46,660 bases of DNA from an uncultured Candidatus Saccharibacteria bacterium (lineage in GTDB: Bacteria > Patescibacteriota > Minisyncoccia > Phycocordibacterales > GWA1-40-21), in assembly GCA_964583845.1 (NCBI GenBank), contig CAZOXG010000001.1, positions 1 to 46,660 of the forward strand. The letters are read 5' to 3'. The position numbers and the translations under genes are program-made. Below the pieces are notes generated by a model that had not been told where the DNA came from, did not search any database, and saw only the letters and a program-made list of their open reading frames with translations. The stretch's first letter is position 1. Every line of letters begins with the position of its first letter. Positions 34,315 to 41,123 of the stretch are shown here, piece after piece.

Positions 34315-35025
34315 ATGACTGAAGAAGTAAAAAACAAAGATTTGATAGAAACCATGTTCAAAGCCGGCGCTCATTTTGGCTATGCCAAATCACGCCGTCA
34401 TGCAACTGTGGCCCCATTTATTTTTGGCGTTAAAAACCGCACTGAAATAATTAATTTAGAGAAGACTGCGGAACTCTTGGAGAAGGCTTTGGCTTTCGTT
34501 ACTGAGTTAGGTAAAGACAATAAATCAATTTTATTCGTTGGTGGTAAAAGCGAGTCTCGTGCAGCCGTAAAAAATGCTGCTATGACTATTGATATGCCTT
34601 ATGTTTCTGGACGTTGGGTTGGTGGTACTATCACTAACTTCGTTGAAGTTCGCAAGCGTGTAATGAAATATGAAGATTTATTAAGTCAACGTGAAAAAGG
34701 TGAATTAGTTAAATATACCAAGAAAGAACGCTTACTTATTGACCGTCAGATTGATAAGCTAGAAAGACTTTTTTCTGGTTTAGTAAACTTGAAAGATTTA
34801 CCAAAAGCGATGTTTGTGGTGGATTCTAAAAAAGAACACATCGCTGTCGCCGAAGCTCGCAAGGCTGGTATTCCAGTTATCGCCCTATGTGGTACTGACT
34901 GTAATCTCAAGGAAGTAACTTTTGCTGTGGTTGCTAATGACGCTTCCGTTTCAAGTATCAACTTTTTCACTTCTGAGATTGCTAAAGCTTACAAAGCTGG
35001 CAAATCTGCTAAAAAATCTAATTAA
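34315..35025 (+). CDS. rpsB: 30S ribosomal protein S2
   Basis: AGAHFGY..SRRH, IFVG.K, GRWVGGT.TN, D......A..EA...GIPVIAL.DTD. Confidence 0.95.
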   Translation: MTEEVKNKDLIETMFKAGAHFGYAKSRRHATVAPFIFGVKNRTEIINLEKTAELLEKALAFVTELGKDNKSILFVGGKSESRAAVKNAAMTIDMPYVSGRWVGGTITNFVEVRKRVMKYEDLLSQREKGELVKYTKKERLLIDRQIDKLERLFSGLVNLKDLPKAMFVVDSKKEHIAVAEARKAGIPVIALCGTDCNLKEVTFAVVANDASVSSINFFTSEIAKAYKAGKSAKKSN

Positions 35026-35071
35026 TAGTTTCTCATCTGCGTTATGCAGAGAGATTTAATATATAAGTTCT

Positions 35072-35659
35072 ATGGTAACAACTGAACAAATTAAGGAATT
35101 AAGAGACGCTACCGGTATCTCTATAATGCAATGCCGCAAAGCTTTGGAAGACACCAACGGTGATATGGAAAAAGCAACCATTATTCTTCGTAAGAAGGGT
35201 GCTGATATTGCCTCCAAAAAAGCTGATCGTTCTCTAAACGCTGGCCGTATTGCCGCTTATGTTCACAGTTCTGGCCAAGCCGGGGCTATTTTAGAACTAT
35301 CTTGTGAGACTGATTTCGTTTCTAAAAATGAAGAGTTTTACGCTTTGGCTTATGATATTGCTATGCAAGTTGTGGCGACCAAACCAGAGTATTTGAAAAT
35401 GGAAGATATTACCGAGGCTGATCGTGAGAAAGCAAAAGAAGCTTTCTTGCCAGAGTTAGAGGGTAAACCAGAAGCGATGAAAGAAAAAATTATGGCTGGT
35501 AAACTCGATGCTTATTTTGGTGATAAGGTCCTTTTGGAACAGCCTTTCATTAAGAATGGTGATTTGAAAATTAAGGATTTAATTTCAAACTGCGTTCAGA
35601 AATTTGGTGAAAAGACTGAAATTCGTCGATTCACTCGTTTTTCTGTAACTGACAAATAA
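35072..35659 (+). CDS. tsf: Elongation factor Ts (short form)
   Basis: IKELRD.TG......C.KAL....GD.EKA...LR.KG; E..CETDFV..N..F. Confidence 0.93.
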   Translation: MVTTEQIKELRDATGISIMQCRKALEDTNGDMEKATIILRKKGADIASKKADRSLNAGRIAAYVHSSGQAGAILELSCETDFVSKNEEFYALAYDIAMQVVATKPEYLKMEDITEADREKAKEAFLPELEGKPEAMKEKIMAGKLDAYFGDKVLLEQPFIKNGDLKIKDLISNCVQKFGEKTEIRRFTRFSVTDK

Positions 35660-35669
35660 TTAAATTACT

Positions 35670-36041
35670 ATGACGGTGATTTTATTCATCGGTTCATTAA
35701 TTTTACTTTTAGCGTTTCTTGGCGTGAAGTTTTTTGAGATGCGTAAAGAGAGAGAGACGGTTGTTAGTAAAAAAATGAAACAGGCGGACAAACCTATAGA
35801 AGGTTTTATAAAACATCTCAAGCGAGAGATATCCTATATTAATCGTCGAAATGCTAAATTGTTTGGAATATTTGTTTGGAGATTGGTATACGATAAACTT
35901 TGGGAGACTAAAAAGAAACTTGATAGTAAACAATCAAAATTTTTTGTGGCTGTAACAGGGGAGAAACATTTGAGAAAATCTCAACACGTGTCTGGGTTTT
36001 TAAAGACTATTAGTAAAAACAAAATAGAATCAAAGAAATAG
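35670..36041 (+). CDS. Hypothetical N-terminally membrane-anchored basic protein
   Basis: 123-aa ORF with one N-terminal TM (ILFIGSLILLLAFLGVKFF). It lies 10 nt after tsf. Confidence 0.55.
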   Translation: MTVILFIGSLILLLAFLGVKFFEMRKERETVVSKKMKQADKPIEGFIKHLKREISYINRRNAKLFGIFVWRLVYDKLWETKKKLDSKQSKFFVAVTGEKHLRKSQHVSGFLKTISKNKIESKK

Positions 36042-36099
36042 TATTTGTTTTTTAGATTTCTTTGTGCTATCTTGTAATGGTTTCGGACAATATAAAAAG

Positions 36100-36175
36100 G
36101 CCGGCTTAGCTCAGTTGGTAGAGCAATAGTTTTGTAAACTATAGGTCCTCGGTTCAAGCCCGAGAGCCGGCTCCA
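36100..36175 (+). tRNA. trnT: tRNA-Thr (anticodon UGU), CCA encoded
   Basis: Acceptor stem GCCGGCU/AGCCGGC, D-arm AGCTCAGTTGGTAGAGC, anticodon stem atagt/actat with loop ttTGTaa, T-arm cctcgGTTCAAgcccgagg-like, discriminator T, then CCA. Confidence 0.93.
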
Positions 36176-36222
36176 TAAGAAAAAACACCCATTAGGGTGT
36201 TTTTTCTTATGGAGCCGGCTCT
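36163..36222. terminator. Perfect 28-bp-arm palindrome that includes the last 13 nt of tRNA-Thr (with CCA); its core is the tRNA terminator
   Basis: agagccggctccataagaaaaaacaccc atta gggtgttttttcttatggagccggctct. Confidence 0.8.
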
Positions 36223-36676
36223 GGAACATCTTTGTGGATGTTCCAGCGGTCTTGAACGCCGGAGCCAATTTTTGTTAGCAGACAAAAATGCGAGGTTGAA
36301 ATTTGGGTTGGGCCCCAAATGAAAGACCTTTTAAGATAAATTGAGCCATGCGAAATTATATCTAAAAGGTGTACTGTTCCTGTAAGGAAGTGCCCAGAGT
36401 AAAATTTTTGACGAAAAATTTTAAGTCGCGGGAAAGGTCCCGAGAGCTGGCTTTCTGGCTTGAAAGACGGAATCAAAGATTTTCAGTAGAAAATCTTGTG
36501 AGTCGGGGTCGAGACTTTTTCTGAACGACGGTGAAGAAAAAAGTCGTGACCAAGTCCAAGATTGCGATAATGATAGAAATACATTTACTCTACAAACTTA
36601 CGATAGAATCATAAACTTGATAAAGTAGGGAACTTTCTTGAAATTCCCAGGAAACACCGATTTGTCTGAATCGGAA
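36223..36676. other. ~450-nt ORF-free, densely hairpinned region; candidate large ncRNA or long structured 3' UTR
   Basis: Consecutive stems: ctggaacatc/gatgttccag; atttttgt/acaaaaat; atttggg/cccaaat; ccttttaagata/tatctaaaagg; aaaattttt/aaaaatttt; cggga/tcccg; aagatttt/aaaatctt; gactttttct/agaaaaaagtc; gggaa/ttccc; ccgatt/aatcgg. Confidence 0.35.
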
Positions 36677-36838
36677 TTAATAGCCGAGATACTCCTTCCT
36701 CAAGGATCTACGTCTCGCATCTTCCTTATCAATTTGATCGTCTTCCTCCTTCTGTATGGTGCCCATGACGAAACAGTGGATGGCGACCGGACCAAAAGTC
36801 ACTAATAAAATAATGACGACCATAGCTTGATTTGACAT
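36677..36838 (-). CDS. Unannotated 53-aa single-TM peptide (MSNQAMVVIILLVTFGPVAIHCFVMGTIQKEEDDQIDKEDARRRSLRKEYLGY); type I toxin-like
   Basis: ATG (cat 36836-36838) is preceded by aaaGGAGGTGtggt, a strong SD with 4-5 nt spacing. The stop is TAA (tta 36677-36679). A consensus promoter lies about 95 nt upstream. The peptide is below the ORF-track cut-off. Confidence 0.6.
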   Translation of the reverse strand: MSNQAMVVIILLVTFGPVAIHCFVMGTIQKEEDDQIDKEDARRRSLRKEYLGY

Positions 36839-36932
36839 ACCACACCTCCTTTCAGGATTTTACGCCAGTGGTATTTGGCGGTCAGTTTTAGACTGACGTT
36901 TGGTACATGACGAATACTTAAAACCTACATAA

Positions 36933-36961
36933 ATTATAATAATATAATCATATATTGTCAA
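36933..36961 (-). promoter_or_regulatory. Consensus sigma70 promoter TTGACA-17-TATAAT (minus strand)
   Basis: Plus-strand tgtcaa 36956-36961 and attata 36933-36938 with an exact 17-nt spacer. Confidence 0.65.
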
Positions 36962-37014
36962 GTTTTAGTAAAAAGTACAAAATGCGTTTTTTTGCTAAAA
37001 AGCTGATAAACTCA

Positions 37015-37043
37015 TTGAAACTAATAATTATAAATATTATAAT
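37015..37043 (+). promoter_or_regulatory. Promoter TTGAAA-17-TATAAT, 8 nt upstream of the GT2 ATG (leaderless-type)
   Basis: ttgaaa 37015-37020, tataat 37038-37043, ATG 37052. Confidence 0.55.
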
Positions 37044-37051
37044 AATTACAA

Positions 37052-37783
37052 ATGATTTCTGTAGTTGTAAGAATTCTTAATGAGCGAGAAAATTTAAGAA
37101 AACTCCTGGATGCACTCAAGACACAGAAGTGTTCAATACCCTTTGAAATTATTGTCGTTGATAATGAATCTACTGACGGTACTAAAGAACTAGCGTTAAG
37201 TTATGGTGTCAAAATCGTGACTTTGGCGCGTAATGACTTCTCATATCCCAAAGCAATGAATCTGGGAATTAGAAATTGTTCGGGTGAGTATGTAGTTCTT
37301 ACAGTAGGACACGCTTTACCTTTTAGTAATAACTGGTTAGAGACGGTGATTGAAAATTTTAAAGATAAAAAAAATGCCGGAATATATGGTGGACAAAAAC
37401 CTAGGACAAATGCAGACCCCTTGGAATTTATTACTTATGGTTATTGGTACCTAAGAGATATATTAAAGGGAAAAAGACTAGTCAAAAAAGGCCCAGGAAT
37501 ATTAGGGGCGACCAATTGTGCGATTAGAAAATCACTTTGGGAAAAACATTATTTTAATGAATACTACGAGTGTGGTGGTGAAGATGGAGAATGGGCAAAA
37601 TGGGCTATCAAAGAAGGGTATAATATTGTATTTGATCCAAAGTTTAGTGTAAGACATTCGCATTCCATGAAAAGCTTTGCCGATAGGAAAAAACAGTTTG
37701 CATATTGGAAAAATTTAGATAAACCAACAAAATTTACAAAAGACAGTTTGGTTTTTAGAAAGGATTTGAATTTACAAAAATAA
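37052..37783 (+). CDS. Glycosyltransferase family 2 (soluble, GT-A)
   Basis: ISVVVRILNE...EIIVVDNESTDGT... typical GT2 N-terminus plus DxD context. Confidence 0.85.
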   Translation: MISVVVRILNERENLRKLLDALKTQKCSIPFEIIVVDNESTDGTKELALSYGVKIVTLARNDFSYPKAMNLGIRNCSGEYVVLTVGHALPFSNNWLETVIENFKDKKNAGIYGGQKPRTNADPLEFITYGYWYLRDILKGKRLVKKGPGILGATNCAIRKSLWEKHYFNEYYECGGEDGEWAKWAIKEGYNIVFDPKFSVRHSHSMKSFADRKKQFAYWKNLDKPTKFTKDSLVFRKDLNLQK

Positions 37784-37838
37784 ATATATATAAAAACAGA
37801 AAGTCTTTATTTTTTAAGGGTTTTATGCTATTTTAGAG

Positions 37839-39437
37839 GTGATTTGGGATCGTCTAATTAATGGCGACTTAGTCAGATTCTGCACTATGGAATTCATAAA
37901 AACCTCACATTATAGAGTTGGCCGTGCCACCGATTTGACTGGTCGTGACTATTATATTTACCGAGCTCTAGAAATTCTGCCCGGTTTAATGGCTTGGACT
38001 ACGATTGTCTTAATTTTTGTGGCGTCTTATTATTATCCGTACCAAGCGGCAATTTTTATTATAATTTTTGATTTTTATTGGTTATTGAAAACGGCGTATT
38101 TGTCTATTTATTTGAGACAGAGTTGGAAAAAGATACGACAGAGTATGGAAATCGATTGGGAAGAAAGATTAGAAAATTTTAAATATAACCATATTTATCA
38201 AATGGTTATTTTTCCATTTTATAACGAGTCACCTGAAATTGTTTTAAAAAGTCTGGAAGCCTTGAATCGATCACGATGGAAAAATAATTTTATGATAATT
38301 GTTTTAGCTGGGGAAGAAAAAGCAAAAGACAATGCCTATAAAGTTTTTCAAGTGGTTCAAGAAAAATACGGCAAAAAGTTTAAACATATTGTAAGTACAG
38401 TACATCCGGCTAATGTGCCAGGAGAAATGGCTGGTAAAGGGTCAAATATTGCTTATGCCGCTGAACAAGCTAAAATAGAGATGCTGGATAAGAATGAAAT
38501 TAAATATGAAAACGTTATCGTTTCTGCTTTCGATGTTGATACGATAGTCTATCCTCATTATTTTAATTGTCTGACTTGGCATTTTTTGGTTTCTGATGAT
38601 CCATATCGAACATCTTTTCAACCCGTGCCAGTTTTTAATAACAATATTTGGGAATCACCAGCTTTTTCTCGAGTCGTGGCTTTTTCGGGTACTTTTTGGC
38701 AAATGATCCAACAAGAGAGGCCGGAGAAACTAGCCACCTTTTCCTCCCATGCGGTTTGTTTTAAGGCACTCTATGATATGAGATATTGGCAAAAAAACAT
38801 CGTGTCTGAAGACTCACGCATTTATTGGAATGCTGTTTTGGCTTTTAATGGAAATTACAAAGTAACTCCTATTTACTACCCCGTTTCTATGGATGTTAAC
38901 CTGGCCTCAACTTTTTGGCAGACAGCCATCAATGTTTATAAACAACAACGTCGATGGGCCTGGGGGGCCGAAAATTTTCCATATGTAGTTTTTGGTTTTA
39001 TAAAAAATAAAGGAATATCTATATATAAAAAAATTAGTGTCACCTTTGTTTTAGTAGAAGGTTTATGGTCTTGGTCAACCAATTCATTAATAATCTTTTT
39101 ATTGGGCTGGGCACCAGTGGTATTAGGGGGGCGAAAATTTGATCAAACAGTTATAGCTTACAATATGCCGATTCTTACTAAATATCTTATGGTGATAGCA
39201 ATGTCTGGTTTAATTCTCTCCGCATTAATCATGATAAGCTTCTTGCCAGCTAAACCTAAAAATACTAAGCCATGGTCAAAATTTACAATGATAATTCAAT
39301 GGATAATTATACCTGTTACGATAATAGTTTTTGGGGCCATTCCAGCGATAGATGCTCAAACTAGGTTAATGCTTAAAAAGTATATGGGTTTCTGGGTAAC
39401 TCCTAAGCATCGTGCAAACTTAAAACAAAATGATTAA
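37839..39437 (+). CDS. Membrane-embedded processive GT2 polysaccharide synthase-like protein
   Basis: N- and C-terminal TM bundles flank a GT-A core with ..FPFYNES.., AGKGSNIAYA, SAFDVDT, SEDSRIYW and the Q-x-x-R-W motif (KQQRRWAWG). The start is uncertain (GTG 37839 or ATG 37887). Confidence 0.75.
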   Translation: MIWDRLINGDLVRFCTMEFIKTSHYRVGRATDLTGRDYYIYRALEILPGLMAWTTIVLIFVASYYYPYQAAIFIIIFDFYWLLKTAYLSIYLRQSWKKIRQSMEIDWEERLENFKYNHIYQMVIFPFYNESPEIVLKSLEALNRSRWKNNFMIIVLAGEEKAKDNAYKVFQVVQEKYGKKFKHIVSTVHPANVPGEMAGKGSNIAYAAEQAKIEMLDKNEIKYENVIVSAFDVDTIVYPHYFNCLTWHFLVSDDPYRTSFQPVPVFNNNIWESPAFSRVVAFSGTFWQMIQQERPEKLATFSSHAVCFKALYDMRYWQKNIVSEDSRIYWNAVLAFNGNYKVTPIYYPVSMDVNLASTFWQTAINVYKQQRRWAWGAENFPYVVFGFIKNKGISIYKKISVTFVLVEGLWSWSTNSLIIFLLGWAPVVLGGRKFDQTVIAYNMPILTKYLMVIAMSGLILSALIMISFLPAKPKNTKPWSKFTMIIQWIIIPVTIIVFGAIPAIDAQTRLMLKKYMGFWVTPKHRANLKQND

Positions 39438-40308
39438 TAAAACTTTTGGCTTTTATAAAAAACACAATCGTCGGTTTAGATTATTTCTTTTTTCAATGAT
39501 TTTTATTATAGGTTCACCAATTTTAATTTTGTTGGCTAGAGGTGATTCTTTTGGGACAGGTTTTACTTTTCTTCAGACAGGCGGAATTTACTTGGACTCT
39601 ATAATTTCTGGTTCTAAAATCTATCTTAACGATGAAGATTTGGGTGGAGTAAGTTTTTTTCAGCATAGTAATTTCATCAGAAATTTGAAACCAAACAAAA
39701 CCTATGATTTGAGAGTGGAAAAAAGTGGTTATAATACCTGGTATGGTAAATTGACCGTTAAACCGAACAAGGTAGAGAGAGCTAAAGTTTTTATGTTGCC
39801 AAAAAATATTGTCTGGGATGAGATTTCAAAGAAAATACCTAGTTCTACCAATTCATCAACAACTAAGATTTTAGAAAAAAGTAATCCGGAGTACACAAAA
39901 ATATTTGATCTATTTTTAAAGCAGAATAAATTTACATCCACCTCCAGCACCTCAACTGTTTCTGTTCAGAAAAAAATTACATTGGATTATGCTAGTTCAT
40001 CAGAGATTAGGGTGATGTGGAATGGAAAAGTCGAGTCAGCACCAGAATATTTTTGTTTAAATGAAGATTGTTTAAATAAAATTTCTGTTTACAAACATAA
40101 CAAAAATATTGTTAAGGCTGATTTTATTCCAAATTATAATGACGCTATAATTTTTTCTGATGAGAATAATTTGTATGCGACAGACTTATGGCCCAATTCT
40201 GTAAAAACTCCTCAGGTATTATATTCAACTAGTAGTATTAATTTTTTGACCGAAGAAGACTATATCTATATTCAAGTCGGTAACTATATTGGGAGAACTT
40301 CTCTTTAA
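39430..40308 (+). CDS. Membrane-anchored PEGA-domain protein
   Basis: One N-terminal TM, then GSKIYLNDEDLGG....YDLRVEKSGYNTWYGKLTV (PEGA-like). It overlaps the synthase stop by 8 nt. Confidence 0.6.
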   Translation: MINKTFGFYKKHNRRFRLFLFSMIFIIGSPILILLARGDSFGTGFTFLQTGGIYLDSIISGSKIYLNDEDLGGVSFFQHSNFIRNLKPNKTYDLRVEKSGYNTWYGKLTVKPNKVERAKVFMLPKNIVWDEISKKIPSSTNSSTTKILEKSNPEYTKIFDLFLKQNKFTSTSSTSTVSVQKKITLDYASSSEIRVMWNGKVESAPEYFCLNEDCLNKISVYKHNKNIVKADFIPNYNDAIIFSDENNLYATDLWPNSVKTPQVLYSTSSINFLTEEDYIYIQVGNYIGRTSL

Positions 40309-40327
40309 ATATTTTATTAATCATATA

Positions 40328-40357
40328 TTGGATATTTTTTAATTTATTAATTATAAT
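40328..40357 (+). promoter_or_regulatory. Promoter TTGGAT-18-TATAAT, 6 nt upstream of the pheS ATG (leaderless-type)
   Basis: ttggat 40328-40333, tataat 40352-40357, ATG 40364. Confidence 0.5.
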
Positions 40358-40363
40358 GACTTT

Positions 40364-41119
40364 ATGAAAGACCAAGAAACAAAACATGTACATCCAGTTA
40401 CAGATGTTATTTATAGACTTAATCAGATTTTTTCTGAGATGGGTTTTTCTTTTGTAGAGGGCCCCGAACTAGAGACGGAATATTACAATTTCGACGCTTT
40501 GAATGTTGCCAAAGATCATCCTGCTCGTGATATGCAAGACACTTTTTGGGTTAAGCCTTTTAAAAAAGATGATAACAAGTATTTAATGAGGACTCAGACT
40601 AGTGCGATGCAGGTTCACTTTATGGAGAATAGTAAACCACCGATTAGAATGTATGGTCCAGGTCGCGTGTATCGTCAGGAAGCCACGGACGCTACTCATG
40701 AAATGCAATTTTATCAGTTCGAAGGTTTGATGATTGATAAAAATGTTTCCATGTCTGACCTTAAAGGTTTTATTAATCACGTTTTTGATAAATTTTTTGA
40801 AAGAGATGTTAAAGTTCGTTTCCGTCCAAGTTATTTTCCTTTTGTAGAGCCTGGGGCCGAAGTTGATATTTCTTGTTTTAAATGCGAGGGTGTTGTTGGT
40901 TGCCCGGTTTGCAAGGGAACAGGTTGGATCGAAGTGATGGGAGCGGGAATGGTTCATCCTAAGGTTTTACAACAAGTAGGTATAAATCCTAATGAATGGC
41001 GTGGCTTCGCGTTTGGTGGTAGTATTGAACGTTTGGCGATGCTTAAGTACGGTGTGGATGATATCCGTTTGTTCTATTCGGGTGATTTACGTCTGGTCAA
41101 TCAATTTAAAGCAAAATAA
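40364..41119 (+). CDS. pheS: Phenylalanine-tRNA ligase alpha subunit, short form lacking the N-terminal coiled-coil arm
   Basis: HPV..V...I..IF..MGF....GPE.E..YYNFDALN....HPARDMQDTF, R.Q.S..Q, FRPSYFPF.EP..EVD. It is only 251 aa versus the usual ~330-350. Confidence 0.93.
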   Translation: MKDQETKHVHPVTDVIYRLNQIFSEMGFSFVEGPELETEYYNFDALNVAKDHPARDMQDTFWVKPFKKDDNKYLMRTQTSAMQVHFMENSKPPIRMYGPGRVYRQEATDATHEMQFYQFEGLMIDKNVSMSDLKGFINHVFDKFFERDVKVRFRPSYFPFVEPGAEVDISCFKCEGVVGCPVCKGTGWIEVMGAGMVHPKVLQQVGINPNEWRGFAFGGSIERLAMLKYGVDDIRLFYSGDLRLVNQFKAK

Positions 41120-41123
41120 TTTT

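Noticed and set aside
36370-36400. ctgttcctgtaaggaagtgccc as a possible SRP RNA domain IV (GGAAGGAAGCAGC).
   Set aside because: Only a GGAAG core is shared. The flanking symmetric or asymmetric loop sequences and the long closing helix were not found.
36429-36452. gcgggaaaggtcccgagagc resembles the RNase P RNA P4 5' strand (GAGGAAAGUCCGGGC).
   Set aside because: There is no matching 3' P4 strand (ACAGAA..CGGCUUA), no GGUAAGGGUGAAA-type module on either strand, and the total length is too short. The similarity is better explained as a degenerate copy of the tRNA-Thr 3' half.
35981-36476. Two minus-strand ORFs (95 and 89 aa) across tRNA-Thr and the region downstream of it.
   Set aside because: The first reads through the antisense of the tRNA and the 28-bp palindrome. 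The second spans stacked hairpins. Neither has start-site signals.
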